From IMG/VR virus record IMGVR_UViG_3300031766_002224, positions 1-57,147 of that record: DNA of 57,147 nt. One strand, written 5' to 3'. The notes below the pieces were generated by a model. The model worked only from the letters and a program-made list of their open reading frames with translations. It searched no databases and was not told the DNA's origin. Position numbers and translations under genes: made by a program. Below, piece after piece: positions 38,538 through 49,811 of the stretch (position 1 is its first letter; every line of letters starts with the position of its first letter). The DNA comes from a virus (lineage: Duplodnaviria > Caudoviricetes).

Positions 38538-41500
38538 TTATTCTTCGTCGCATTCTGTGTACTCAGCTGGTTTAATCTTAGAACAATTAGGTCTCTTCAA
38601 GTTCTTATCTGATTCTAATTGAGGGGTGCTCAAAGCCAACACAGTAAACGGTGATAATGGGTGGCCATATCTACCAAATTGACCTATATCATATTTTCCT
38701 TCTGGCTTAGGTGCCCAAGCCTCCGAAACATCAAGGCACGGGATTGCAAAGGCCATACTTAAATCCAGCATGGGTAGGTTTCCAGAAAACGCGTAAGAAA
38801 TCGTCTTCGCTAAAGTTATACCTAGAGGTTTCGGATTCCATGCAAGGAGATGTGCTAATGAACCAAGCATATCAATGGCGCCGGTGTGAACTATCGGGGC
38901 ATACTTACCATTGTTTTTGCCCCGTGGCGCGTCGGGGCCACCGGGAAGATATAAACCATTCACGAGGCTATCTTCTAAAGTTTCTACACTTAAACCTTCC
39001 CAACTTAAATTTTTAATATCACAATTTAGATAATGTTGTCGCATCTCTTTATATGCGGGGTCAATTACGTTTGCCACGCCGCGGAACAATATTGAAGGAA
39101 GTTCCGTTATTAGTTTCCAAAGATCCTTTATGAATTTTATAAAGAACTCTGCGCTAGGCAAAGGAAAATCAAAACAGTCTGCAGATTCTGGGTGCGTTGG
39201 CCAGTTGTTCTTCATAATATTACGGAAGTCAGCAGCAGATAAGGGTATCAACTGGTCCCTCTGAGACATTGGAGTTGACGCCACCATGCCTAAAAAGGCG
39301 ATGGCGGCCTTTGTTGGGGAGAAGAGAGTTGGTAACCCGTTATATCCCGACAAGACCGCGGTTGCAAAAATAGAATTAATTGTCATGTACCTCCTTATCG
39401 GAAATATGTGGTCGAACACATGCCTGTATTCCTCTCTCGCTTTAAGTCGGGACACCATATATTTCCTGTGGTGAATCACACCTGTACCTGTCCTGCCCGA
39501 AAAAATGGATTCACATGTTTCCAAATCAAGCACTCGTTCCTCAGACACTAAAGGCAAATGAACAATTTCTCTAAAACTTGCGGCGGCGCTGTAGTCTGCC
39601 GACCTAGTGAGTCCTAGGGGGCCTGCTTCATTCTGCTCCGCAACCAAGAAGGACTTCTGTATTCTGGAATTTTCGTGAATATCTTCTTGGTAGTTATTTT
39701 TTAAATACTCAACAAGGTCCTCATCATAAAACTTTGAAATTAGGCGGATGCCGTGATGAAATTCGGACTGTTCTATTATATTTCTATACCTTACTGTCTC
39801 TACATGGCCAGACAGAACTTTTATCAAAGAGTCGAAGGCCCAAGTGGGAAAAACTATTTCCTTTTCTTCTGGATTTTCTATTGCGAAGTAAGCTCTACTG
39901 AAGTCGGGGTGCTCGGTTTCGAGTCCTCTACGAGCGTCTTCTAGTTCGCTTAAGAGGTCCGGGTCTAATATTTCTCCTGATATCCTTACATAATCTTCCA
40001 AGAAGAAGTGTGAATCTTGAGGAGAGACAAATGGTAATGCCGTAGAGTTGTTATCTTCTAGTTCCCTCCTATACTGAAAAAACTCAATATCTGAGGTTAA
40101 TTCTTGGACTCCTCCAATCTTTTCTTCAGTATACCAATCATAAAAGTCCACGTCGCGTCGGTCAAAATTGAAAGCTTGTTTTGAGAAGTCTGGAAATTTT
40201 ATTATCTCCTGCTCTATTAAGCGTCTTAGAGCACTGTTTGGGTTGGTTATACCTACCGTTTTCTCTACTATTCTTCTCCACTTGGAGCGAAGGAAGCTAG
40301 AACTTTCTAGTTCACCCTTCACATGTTCTATTACATATTCAATAAACAGTGGGTCAGAAATAATTGGCTCAATATCCCAAACAGAATAAGCCAATCCACC
40401 TTTCAGCATGGTGTCAAGTATACAGACTCTGACGAAGGCTTTGAGGCTGATTGATTGCATGGCGATATCAATTGGTCCAGGATCATCAAAATCTCGGTTT
40501 ACAGTTGAGTTCTCTGGCTTAGCGGTTTCTTTCATTATTTCCGCATGAGTCTCCTCTAGAATGACCTTGTCGAAAGATAGAGAAGATGCTTCGACTAGTC
40601 CGTATCTGTTAGTTACACATCCCGTTGATTCATTGTATGATGGTTTTGCGGAGATTCTTCTGTCCAACTCTTCTGCATAATCTTTATCAAAAAGCCTTGA
40701 ATCTCTTATTTCATCCAACAAGCTGCTCATGATGTTTTGTTGCTTTTCTAAGAACAAATCTTCGTATAGTTTCTTTTTCAGATTGTCAGTGCCCCGGGGT
40801 GCTCGGTAACCTAAACCTCCCTGAATACTCTGAATAGCTAGCCTCATGAATGATTCTCTCTTTGAGTAATATTTCTCTTCATTTTGACCTACCGGCAAGT
40901 GGCCGGGGTCGGGGCGGTTATGGCGTGTCATTGATAAAGGCAGGGGTTCACAAAACTTAAAAGTTTTAGGTTTTGTATCATTTGGCTGTCCCAAGTGAAA
41001 ATCACTAGAAATTGTTATATCATACCTTTCCAGCCCTGTCTTCGAAGGGTATTCGATATACTCTATCTTGGGATGATATAAACCAAGTTGCAGAGATAAT
41101 TCTGTTATAGCGGTACCGCTTGATTTAAGTATCTCAGTGTTGTTCATTACTTTATCCAACATTAAAAGATGTTTTGGGGTAACTATTGATGGACGATTTC
41201 TAAACGTTTCGATTATTGTATCTGTCAGTCCCGTTAATCTCTCGTTAATCAATTTAAGTAGGCCCGGGTGGTTGGGCCCTCTTTGGTCTAAAATTGTTGC
41301 GACACTTTCAAAGTGATGAATTCCCTCGGCATCTGTTACTGCACTGAGAATCCTTTCCTTTCTTCCTTCGCGAACATAAGAACCGCGGTTATCAATAGAG
41401 TTTGTTATTGCATGTTGGATTGTTTCGAAAACTTCCAACGTACTTTTTAATCTAAGACTTTCCGGTACCAGTGGATTATCCAAGCTAGCCGCGAGCCATG

Positions 41501-44500
41501 GGTTCAATTTGAATCCTCCAGATCTGGGGCCTCCATCTCCAACGCTGGGCATGTAAGGCCGGAAATATTCTATCTCCGCCAATGCTTGACTGTACAAAAG
41601 TCTAAAGCGCGCGGATTGCGGAAAATGGGTTAGCGCGGTGTCTCGAATTTCGTAATCGCGGGATAGATTAATATCAAGTGAAAAGTGGCGCTCCATAGCT
41701 TTGGCAGCGGCTGCAAGGCTGCTGGTTATATGGTATGGCGTACCCTCAGTGCTGTCATTTGTCTCAAGAGACTTTCTTTGGTAGATATTCCATTCATAAT
41801 CCTCAGAATTACTACCATCACGTGAGCTCAAAAACTCTTCATAAATATGTTTAAATTCTTCTCTAATCTCAGCGCAGGCCACAGGTGAGTCATCATCACT
41901 AAACCTAGATGATATCTCAGAAACGATTTGCTGGAATACCTGATAGTCAGAATCAGAAAAGCCGCGGAGTGCTACCATTCCCGTATATCTCTCTAGTGGA
42001 ATCGCTGAGAGTACAAATTCTCCTCTGCTGTCCGGATCCGTTATTGACTCGTAATATTCTTCATATGAAATACTTTCAACGCCGGTTGTGAAAAATTCGT
42101 ATCCAGCGGCGCCGCGTTCGAGCTGGTTCAATACACCTCTATAAGAGCCCCCTTGTGCTTCCATCCTGGGTGCGCCTTCGGCATTAAATCTCCAGACAGT
42201 GGTTAACTCTCTGTCCACTAGTGCGTCTAGGGGTCCTCCGGATGGACGGTGGCATGCCATAACAAAATCCTTAGGTGACCGGGTCACTCTGTTTTTTGCA
42301 AAGACGTGATGGGTCTTGCCTTCTACTTCTTTAAACGGCACTTCTTCTGTTTCGAACAGAGTATATAAGAGCATTGCGTTGTACCAGTTAACATCTACCG
42401 GTGTGTTTAGCTTCATTAATGCTCCGGAAAAAATATCCTTGGTGGGGTCTGATATTTTTATTATATAATCTAAGAATTTTGCTGAACGGACTTCGCTATC
42501 GTAAGGTACTCCAGATTCCTTCTCCGGAGCTATAAAATAATCAATAAACTCTTGTTCCGTGACTGAATTTGGAGAATATGGATTATTAACGCCGAGCCGA
42601 GGAATAGGATCCCAGTCACCGGTTTCATTGTTCTTTATTTCAAATTCACGAATAAGAGAATCAATATCCTCTAGAAGTTCGTCAAGATTTGTGATTCTGT
42701 ATTCCCTGAACAGTTCAGCGTATTGGTATTGTTTTTCTAGTGTTAACGTAGAATAATCTAGGTCCTCCTCGTTGCTAAACTGAAATGGGTCTTTTTGCCA
42801 GATATTGTCTTTGTGTTCATCATAGTATCCTTGAAATGATAGATAAGGGAGTCCGTCAGTTTGATATCGTTCTTGGTCTTCTGATGATAAATCAGGTTGA
42901 AATCGGCCAGAATCCAAAATCAATTCAAAAAGCTTTGTCAACCAAGCTGGCTCCTCCTCCTGTCCTAATGAATCAGGGTCGCCAGAGTTGCGTCGACGCT
43001 GGTACTCGTCATCCGCTTCTTGTGCCGCGGTAATCATTTCGTCTCGATAATTATCAATTATAAATTTCAAAGATTGGACCACTGCAGTGCTTGGAGATTC
43101 TTCATCTGTGCCCATAAATGCGTTGCCGCGGAGGCCGGCTGCTACTTCTAGTTGTTGGATAAAAACAGGCACATGTCGTACAGTGGGCAAGTTTGTATAA
43201 TCAAAGCTGGAATTATCACGATGTAGTTGCCAATATCCGCGGAGGGCGCCCGTGATGACGTGGAAAAGAACATATGAAAGGCCGTGGAATTCCCATGCGA
43301 ATCCGCGCTCGCTGAGAAAGTCTTCGTATTCAGACCCAGGAACAAGGGTTTCCAGCGGCCGGTAAGTTCGCGTGAACTCCTCTCCATCGGTTCCCCAACC
43401 GATGGTGTGAACTTGTTCTGCCACCAACCTGATTTGGCCGTTCTCATCGGGCACCTGCGCCGGCGGCGGTGGTCCATCAATATACAACTTTCCGGCGCCA
43501 GGGCGCGCTTTTCGTCTGCCATCCTGAGGTCGGCCGGACGAAACGAAGCATTGTTTGTGAAATTCTATAAGTTCCTTGAGCTTTTTAGCTCTTTTATAAA
43601 GTTCTCCACCCTTGTTTATTAATTCCTGGGCTCGGTCTTGCGTGATTTCTTCAGGTCCTTGTCCTAATACTTGTTGAGTATATTGATTGAAAGCAGGTGT
43701 TTGATTCTCCAAACTTGCAACGTAAGCTGCAAGTTGGGTCAGTGATGCTTCGAATTTTAATGACTGAGAGTCAGAATACTGATCAGTGCCTGCTTCGGGC
43801 TCCGTAGGTAGATTCAAAGACATTGCTGGCACATAAGCATCGAGTGCACTCACGTAAGAATCCTTTGCTCCAGAAAAACAATTCTTAATTGTATTATCTA
43901 GCTCCTTCTTAAGGAAGTCTGGATAATCCGATACTATTGCGCTAGGGTCTCCCGGCCTATATGCATCTGGTATTAGGTTCCCTACGTTGTTACCTGAGAG
44001 TGCTCTTAGGTCGTCCTGCTTCTTGTTCATCTCATCCTTGGCCATCTGTACCACTTTGTCTATTTCTTCGTCTGACAGTGTACTGTCGCCTGTCTGAAGC
44101 CTGTTTCTAATATCCGACAAGTAATCTGATATTTCTACACAGCTTTTTGGAGTTGCAAGGGTTGTCGACTTTTGTAATTCTTCACATATGCCATAAGGCA
44201 ACAATGTGCCTATTAAGTCAAAATAATTTAATATGTCGCTCTCATTAACCAGGTCACCTTCTAATCCGTTCTTCTCTAAAAGTCTTTGTACCATCAACAT
44301 ACTAGCGTTATCTAATGGCTTACCTGACAATAGCCGACACAGTTCTTGGCCCGTGGTTATATTTGCCACATCCTCAAAGAACACCTTGGCTGATTCTTTT
44401 CTTTCTGGTGCTATCCCTATGTCAACCAGAGATGCTGCCAATGCTGGTGCAAATGCTGTATCGCCCGTTAAAGAGCCGGCAGCAACGAAGTCTCTCAATT

Positions 44501-47500
44501 GTTCCTCACAAAAAGGAATTGCTAACTTGTCAATCAGGGCTCTTGCGAATGAGCATGCGATCCGAATAAGTATTTGTTTTATATTGTCTTGTAAGAACCG
44601 CCACACCGCAGCATACCAGCCCAGGACAGGTATCCTTGGAAATGGAGGTAAATAAAAACTTGGAAGTTTTATATCAAAGCCAGGCAATCGAATACATTTC
44701 AGCCAGTCGCAAAGCAAAGAAGCTAAATCGAGCTTATCAAAAAACTCTTTATATAAATCTTCCATCGTACACATGTCACCCATAGCTCTAAGTGCTGCTT
44801 CTTCGTCAAATGTATCATTAAAAGAACTTTCCCAATTCTTGGCAGAAGTATCCCAGTATTCGTTTGCTGGGTCGACAAATTCATCCTTTCCTATCTTGCT
44901 CCAAGCTGGCCCTATAGAGCTAGCGGGTGGTGTCTTTACTTGTAGACCAGTTGTGAATGTAGCAACATAAGAAGCTGCTTGTCTTTTTTCAAAATTAAAT
45001 CCCAAATCTTTACATGAGCCGCGGCCATCGTCGAAAACAGATATTATTTCGCCCGGGCGGTCTGTAAGCAAACCTGTCATTTCTAATATGTTACTTATAT
45101 AATTAACAGTACGCGGCCTTGAGAGTGCCTTTGATTTAAAAGCCTCTTGCACCGGTGCTGGGTCCCAGTTTGGTGTTGTAGATGGAGTCTCTACTAGGTT
45201 AAAAGCTCCAGATGTTACATCTCCTATATTCTTTCCGCCGGCTGTTGGCCACCATTTTCCATCGATTGACGTATCATTTTCTAAAAATATAGCGCATTCC
45301 ACAATCTTTTTGCCGTACTTTGGGCCCATGTATGTTTTAGTGCCGGTTTTAGGCTCTACATACTCAAATCCAATTATAATATTAGTTTTACTCGGGTTTT
45401 GCTCCATGTAGGTTGACACTGCTGGACCCCAATAGTCCTTGGCGGATAAAAGAAGGACATCTACAAATTCCGCTAGGAAAGTTTTCATTAGCCCAGATTC
45501 TTCTTTTGCGTTGAACTTGCTTCCCTTTTTAAAGACTATACCTTCTGAACTTATTATTTCTGCTGACTCCTGCAAGTCCTTTACTATAATGTTGATTCTT
45601 TCCGTCATTTCTTCGAGAGTTATTTGCAAAGCAGAAAATTGGGGCCGGCCGTTGGCGTCTTTCTTTTTTAGCTCTTTGTTTGAATCGTTCGCGATATTAT
45701 TAAAATATTCGGCATCCGTGTCGAACAAATCCAACTTCTGAAAGACATTGGTTCCCACGTCTCCAAGTTTACTTAGAACCATCCTAGTGTATTCGTGGTC
45801 TGACGCTCCGTTTAAATCCATGCCTAGTATAGACTTTAGCGCGCTGTTTAAATCAAATGGGCCTTGCTTGCCTAGGTCGATTGTTGGAGACTGGCCAACG
45901 GAGGCCCGGGCAGTTTCAGACCTTTGGGCTTCCTCTCTCAGTTTTCTAACAATTTCTCTTCGCTTTTTTCTAGCGTGAACCCTGTATTCTTCTTTCGTCC
46001 TGATAGCTTCTGATATATCTCCAGGTGCGCAGTCATCTTGTGTTGATTCAGATTGAGCTTCTTCAGGCTCTGCATTTGGAGTTGCTATTGGAATGTCGAG
46101 GCCATCTTTTATAAGATCTAATTTGCGCGTGCTCAGTTCGAATAATGCCCTATAGTGTTGTCCTGGACGCATTGATGGGGTCTTGAACTCAATGAACTTC
46201 ACCATCGGAGGTTCATTGCCCCAGCCGTCTACGTCTCTCCATGTTTGAACTGTTGGACCTTCTTCACTTTGGGCAGCCCTAGCGGCGCCTGGTTCAGTGG
46301 ACAACACCCAAAAACTATTTATCTTGTCTTCAGCTGTTATATCCTCTTCGTATTCCTCGGCAAGAGCGTCAATCTTTTGCTGAAGTACTTGGAGTCTTAG
46401 TGTCTCGTTAGTAGAACTATTAAAATTGCCTATCAAGGACATTTGTTCTTCGGTTTCTGTTATCTTTCTTTTTATTTGAACAAATCTTTCTATGTTTTTC
46501 TTAAGTTCTTTTGAGCTTCCAATAGGGTAAAACCCTATGTGTTCCGGAGGCTTCGGACCATCAGAGCCAAACAAAGTGGTGCTTACGAATTCATCCATAG
46601 TTGGCAAGTACCACACGTTTGTTTTTGAATTCTTCTTTACAACTTCGTCGAGCGCTTTATCTTCCATGTCCTTAATTACTTCTTCATCGTATGAAGGCAA
46701 AGGACCCTCGGCAGAAAGAAGGAACTCGGTTTCCAAATAATACCCTGTTTTGTCTTGACTTATATAGAAAGGTTCTGTTGCAACAAACGGGTCGGGATAA
46801 AAAACTCTCCGCAAGTTATCGGTAGCTTGTTGCGGTGTTTGCATATTTTGAGCTAGCTGGTTAGAATTATAATTCTCAATTGTGGATTTTGAAAAACTAT
46901 AAAGTACACTAATGTTTTCTCTCAAAATGTTGTATCGTATTGAGCCATATGGAAATATTGAAGAATTACCATCGAGCCACTGTGTATTACTAGACACTAT
47001 TTCCAAGTATGCACCTAGTTCATCTAGGTTGTTATATTTTATGGAGTCTTGCACAAAACCGGAATTAAGAAGGTCTTCCTTCGTCTGGCCTAAGCGCCCG
47101 GAATCAAAGTCTTCTATTAATACTTCCGGTAAAACGTCCACAACAGTCTCTCGCGCGGTGGCGAAGAAGTGTGCACTCGAATGTACATAACCTGTATTTG
47201 ATATAGTTGTATGTGGAAGCCAACCGTGCATTATAGCTAGAGTGGCCTCTCCTAGATTTCCAAGCTCCTGATTGAACAACACTTCCATAGCATCCAGCTG
47301 TTGTAAAATAGACCTACTATACTCTTCTTGTTTCTCTACTAATATAGAGGAATATCCCTGACTCGTTGCATCTAATAGGTTTTTAACTCCATACTTCTCA
47401 AACAAGTAACATAAGATTAGAAACTGATTCTGTGACTGATACATAGTCAGAGCGCGCTGCATTTTGGAATCAAAAGTAGCAGCCTGTTCTACGGAAATAG

Positions 47501-47732
47501 GGCGACCAGATAGACAATCAAACCACCCGTTGTGATCTAAAGGTATTGTCACGTCTCGTACTTGGCCGTCCGGTGTGTTGTGTATTAGTCCTGTAGTGTC
47601 TTGTATTACGCCCAGGGCGAACTTAATCGCAAGGATATCTTTACCCACTTCTCCGAACATGCGGCGAGTATATGAGATGCTTCCATCCGGGGTATTTATC
47701 TCTATTTTAAATGGTGGGGCCTGACCGGTCAT
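38538..47732 (-). CDS. Giant acidic helical protein (3064 aa), function unknown, probably virion-associated
   Basis: Single uninterrupted ORF between gp5-like and gp25-like genes; degenerate peptidoglycan-binding-like N-terminus. Confidence 0.6.
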   Translation of the reverse strand: MTGQAPPFKIEINTPDGSISYTRRMFGEVGKDILAIKFALGVIQDTTGLIHNTPDGQVRDVTIPLDHNGWFDCLSGRPISVEQAATFDSKMQRALTMYQSQNQFLILCYLFEKYGVKNLLDATSQGYSSILVEKQEEYSRSILQQLDAMEVLFNQELGNLGEATLAIMHGWLPHTTISNTGYVHSSAHFFATARETVVDVLPEVLIEDFDSGRLGQTKEDLLNSGFVQDSIKYNNLDELGAYLEIVSSNTQWLDGNSSIFPYGSIRYNILRENISVLYSFSKSTIENYNSNQLAQNMQTPQQATDNLRRVFYPDPFVATEPFYISQDKTGYYLETEFLLSAEGPLPSYDEEVIKDMEDKALDEVVKKNSKTNVWYLPTMDEFVSTTLFGSDGPKPPEHIGFYPIGSSKELKKNIERFVQIKRKITETEEQMSLIGNFNSSTNETLRLQVLQQKIDALAEEYEEDITAEDKINSFWVLSTEPGAARAAQSEEGPTVQTWRDVDGWGNEPPMVKFIEFKTPSMRPGQHYRALFELSTRKLDLIKDGLDIPIATPNAEPEEAQSESTQDDCAPGDISEAIRTKEEYRVHARKKRREIVRKLREEAQRSETARASVGQSPTIDLGKQGPFDLNSALKSILGMDLNGASDHEYTRMVLSKLGDVGTNVFQKLDLFDTDAEYFNNIANDSNKELKKKDANGRPQFSALQITLEEMTERINIIVKDLQESAEIISSEGIVFKKGSKFNAKEESGLMKTFLAEFVDVLLLSAKDYWGPAVSTYMEQNPSKTNIIIGFEYVEPKTGTKTYMGPKYGKKIVECAIFLENDTSIDGKWWPTAGGKNIGDVTSGAFNLVETPSTTPNWDPAPVQEAFKSKALSRPRTVNYISNILEMTGLLTDRPGEIISVFDDGRGSCKDLGFNFEKRQAASYVATFTTGLQVKTPPASSIGPAWSKIGKDEFVDPANEYWDTSAKNWESSFNDTFDEEAALRAMGDMCTMEDLYKEFFDKLDLASLLCDWLKCIRLPGFDIKLPSFYLPPFPRIPVLGWYAAVWRFLQDNIKQILIRIACSFARALIDKLAIPFCEEQLRDFVAAGSLTGDTAFAPALAASLVDIGIAPERKESAKVFFEDVANITTGQELCRLLSGKPLDNASMLMVQRLLEKNGLEGDLVNESDILNYFDLIGTLLPYGICEELQKSTTLATPKSCVEISDYLSDIRNRLQTGDSTLSDEEIDKVVQMAKDEMNKKQDDLRALSGNNVGNLIPDAYRPGDPSAIVSDYPDFLKKELDNTIKNCFSGAKDSYVSALDAYVPAMSLNLPTEPEAGTDQYSDSQSLKFEASLTQLAAYVASLENQTPAFNQYTQQVLGQGPEEITQDRAQELINKGGELYKRAKKLKELIEFHKQCFVSSGRPQDGRRKARPGAGKLYIDGPPPPAQVPDENGQIRLVAEQVHTIGWGTDGEEFTRTYRPLETLVPGSEYEDFLSERGFAWEFHGLSYVLFHVITGALRGYWQLHRDNSSFDYTNLPTVRHVPVFIQQLEVAAGLRGNAFMGTDEESPSTAVVQSLKFIIDNYRDEMITAAQEADDEYQRRRNSGDPDSLGQEEEPAWLTKLFELILDSGRFQPDLSSEDQERYQTDGLPYLSFQGYYDEHKDNIWQKDPFQFSNEEDLDYSTLTLEKQYQYAELFREYRITNLDELLEDIDSLIREFEIKNNETGDWDPIPRLGVNNPYSPNSVTEQEFIDYFIAPEKESGVPYDSEVRSAKFLDYIIKISDPTKDIFSGALMKLNTPVDVNWYNAMLLYTLFETEEVPFKEVEGKTHHVFAKNRVTRSPKDFVMACHRPSGGPLDALVDRELTTVWRFNAEGAPRMEAQGGSYRGVLNQLERGAAGYEFFTTGVESISYEEYYESITDPDSRGEFVLSAIPLERYTGMVALRGFSDSDYQVFQQIVSEISSRFSDDDSPVACAEIREEFKHIYEEFLSSRDGSNSEDYEWNIYQRKSLETNDSTEGTPYHITSSLAAAAKAMERHFSLDINLSRDYEIRDTALTHFPQSARFRLLYSQALAEIEYFRPYMPSVGDGGPRSGGFKLNPWLAASLDNPLVPESLRLKSTLEVFETIQHAITNSIDNRGSYVREGRKERILSAVTDAEGIHHFESVATILDQRGPNHPGLLKLINERLTGLTDTIIETFRNRPSIVTPKHLLMLDKVMNNTEILKSSGTAITELSLQLGLYHPKIEYIEYPSKTGLERYDITISSDFHLGQPNDTKPKTFKFCEPLPLSMTRHNRPDPGHLPVGQNEEKYYSKRESFMRLAIQSIQGGLGYRAPRGTDNLKKKLYEDLFLEKQQNIMSSLLDEIRDSRLFDKDYAEELDRRISAKPSYNESTGCVTNRYGLVEASSLSFDKVILEETHAEIMKETAKPENSTVNRDFDDPGPIDIAMQSISLKAFVRVCILDTMLKGGLAYSVWDIEPIISDPLFIEYVIEHVKGELESSSFLRSKWRRIVEKTVGITNPNSALRRLIEQEIIKFPDFSKQAFNFDRRDVDFYDWYTEEKIGGVQELTSDIEFFQYRRELEDNNSTALPFVSPQDSHFFLEDYVRISGEILDPDLLSELEDARRGLETEHPDFSRAYFAIENPEEKEIVFPTWAFDSLIKVLSGHVETVRYRNIIEQSEFHHGIRLISKFYDEDLVEYLKNNYQEDIHENSRIQKSFLVAEQNEAGPLGLTRSADYSAAASFREIVHLPLVSEERVLDLETCESIFSGRTGTGVIHHRKYMVSRLKAREEYRHVFDHIFPIRRYMTINSIFATAVLSGYNGLPTLFSPTKAAIAFLGMVASTPMSQRDQLIPLSAADFRNIMKNNWPTHPESADCFDFPLPSAEFFIKFIKDLWKLITELPSILFRGVANVIDPAYKEMRQHYLNCDIKNLSWEGLSVETLEDSLVNGLYLPGGPDAPRGKNNGKYAPIVHTGAIDMLGSLAHLLAWNPKPLGITLAKTISYAFSGNLPMLDLSMAFAIPCLDVSEAWAPKPEGKYDIGQFGRYGHPLSPFTVLALSTPQLESDKNLKRPNCSKIKPAEYTECDEE

Positions 47733-47754
47733 TTCTGTTTTCCTCTTTTTTTTC

Positions 47755-48870
47755 CTAGTTCAATGTAACGTGTCTACTTGCTAAACAGGCTCCACCTTCA
47801 TCTGATACATAGTTCTGACTAATAAAAGGAATATTTGCCATCTTCATTAAATTTATTTGTGTCAACTGAGTCATGAACGAAAGTTGAAGCATCATATTTC
47901 TAGCTTGGGCGATTGGATCTTGGGTTGACATGCCTGTTGCGGTTCCATATATCGACGATGCAAAGCGTTCGTTCATTTGTTTTTGTTCCAGAACAACGTT
48001 GTTAATTATTTCTAAGGTGTCTTGGAATGCTTCAGCTATTGAATCTATGCACATTTTCAGCTCGTTATACCTTACTGCGGGAGTTGTTGGGCGTACATCG
48101 GCTGATTGTCCGTTCTTAACCACCAGGTGAATCCTTCCGGATTCATTAATCTTATAGTTATTCGAATCATGTGTGGTATCTACGTCGCCACCTGCGACGA
48201 TGTAAATGTCTCTTCGAGAATGCAATCTAAGTTTATCTGCCTTGAGCATTATCGCGCTACACGGGCCCTTGTCCTCTTTCATTGGTGATGACACCTTGTT
48301 GTGAGCTAGGTTAACTTTCACTTTCTTTAACCCAAAATAGTCGTCAACTTGACACATCTGAGATATGTAAATTCTTGCAGCGTCCATGATGAAGCCCGGG
48401 TGAGAGCCCACTGTAAGCCTATCATTCAACGTTGGGGGCCTTCTGGTCTTGTATAAGGGTGGCAAACCCTGCGGATAGATACCGTGCATGGATTTCTTCA
48501 GCGCGAAAGGTGCACCTCGACCAACGACAATATCAATTGCGCCGGCGCCCATATGGTCAGAGAAGCCGGACACGTGACTAGTTTGTAGGACGCCCGCGGC
48601 CGGATTTTCCTCTGAGCCGTGGGGCACAACATTTCTATCTGGTCCGAATGTGTTCCTATCTCTTCCCATTATAATCATCGTGTTATTATCAACTTTGGGT
48701 TGAATAATGTGGTCCCCTTTTCTGCGGGGATATGCCGGTACCGGCTCTTCCAAGTGCTTAGTGCCGCGGCCATCGTTAGATGTAGGCGCCACATGATGTT
48801 TGTTTCTTTGTTTATCCACGATAAAAATCTCCATGAGATTCTTCAAGGACACCGGTATGCATTGAATCAA
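47755..48870 (-). CDS. Putative baseplate hub/spike protein (gp5-like region)
   Basis: GDHIIQ..NNTMIIMGRD, AIDIVVGR, DAARIYISQ and IMLKADKLRLHSR are short beta-strand repeats typical of spike proteins; true start may be downstream of 48870. Confidence 0.5.
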   Translation of the reverse strand: MIQCIPVSLKNLMEIFIVDKQRNKHHVAPTSNDGRGTKHLEEPVPAYPRRKGDHIIQPKVDNNTMIIMGRDRNTFGPDRNVVPHGSEENPAAGVLQTSHVSGFSDHMGAGAIDIVVGRGAPFALKKSMHGIYPQGLPPLYKTRRPPTLNDRLTVGSHPGFIMDAARIYISQMCQVDDYFGLKKVKVNLAHNKVSSPMKEDKGPCSAIMLKADKLRLHSRRDIYIVAGGDVDTTHDSNNYKINESGRIHLVVKNGQSADVRPTTPAVRYNELKMCIDSIAEAFQDTLEIINNVVLEQKQMNERFASSIYGTATGMSTQDPIAQARNMMLQLSFMTQLTQINLMKMANIPFISQNYVSDEGGACLASRHVTLN

Positions 48871-49483
48871 AATCTTTAGTGTAAGAAACTGTTACATACT
48901 CCCAAATACCAGGAGGGGCGCCTGACTCAGAATACTTGTAGAACACGGGATGCATGATTATTTTCGTAAATTCTTTATAAAGGTCCGGATAGATTTCTTT
49001 CATATCCTTCTTCCTTTTGGCGCTGTATTCTTTTTCAACCTTTTCAAATTCATCATTCTTTTGACCTTCTTGCTTGATTGGTTCTCCGGTGCCGGCGTAC
49101 AAGTCAAGGTATTTTTGGTACGTTTTATAATCTGGAAATGGTAATATTCCTGAAACTTCAGGTATATAGCAGTGCACTTTCACTATCGATGCATCTTTTT
49201 TTGGCTCAAGTACTTTACCTGATTTTTGCATCACACTCTTATAGAAAGAACTATCAGCTGGGTATTTCTTCAAGAACTTGTCTAGGCTCATGTCACTAGC
49301 TGACAACACTATTCCTCCAAATTGAGCGGAGGTTTTTGATGTGGAGGCATGCTTTTTTCTTATCCACTTAACTGAATTAGCCAAGTGTTGTATTGGGCTA
49401 ACTGATGGATCGTTTTGTAATACTCCAGATGGCTTTGAGGTGGCCGGGGATTGGTTTTGTATATCAGTCGGTTTCTGACTCAT
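48812..49483 (-). CDS. Hypothetical protein (baseplate module)
   Basis: 223-aa ORF overlapping both neighbours. Confidence 0.6.
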   Translation of the reverse strand: MSQKPTDIQNQSPATSKPSGVLQNDPSVSPIQHLANSVKWIRKKHASTSKTSAQFGGIVLSASDMSLDKFLKKYPADSSFYKSVMQKSGKVLEPKKDASIVKVHCYIPEVSGILPFPDYKTYQKYLDLYAGTGEPIKQEGQKNDEFEKVEKEYSAKRKKDMKEIYPDLYKEFTKIIMHPVFYKYSESGAPPGIWEYVTVSYTKDFDSMHTGVLEESHGDFYRG

Positions 49484-49784
49484 CGTTTGGCTCCTTTAGG
49501 TTTATCAGGTCGAACAGCTCTTGCTTATCTTCTTCAGTTATTCTTTCATTTCCGGTTTGTTTCTTTTGAACCAGTGCAGCTATTTTGACTAATTGTTCAT
49601 TTGAGCGCTGCAGTGTTTCTAAATATTTGGCGGCTATTAAACCGAACTCCCTATGACGATCGTCGCCTGACTGCATAAATTTCATCAAACTCATTAGCAG
49701 GGTTTGTGTCGCTGCTCGGTCGTCTGTTATGTTTTTAGTTGCTTTTTCTATAAAGTTTTCTAGTTCATTGTGTTTTTTTGCCAT
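49464..49784 (-). CDS. Hypothetical helical protein
   Basis: 106-aa ORF; first gene after the sigma factor. Confidence 0.65.
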   Translation of the reverse strand: MAKKHNELENFIEKATKNITDDRAATQTLLMSLMKFMQSGDDRHREFGLIAAKYLETLQRSNEQLVKIAALVQKKQTGNERITEEDKQELFDLINLKEPNDESETD

Positions 49785-49811
49785 AAAATAATTAGAAAAT
49801 AATAAAATTTA

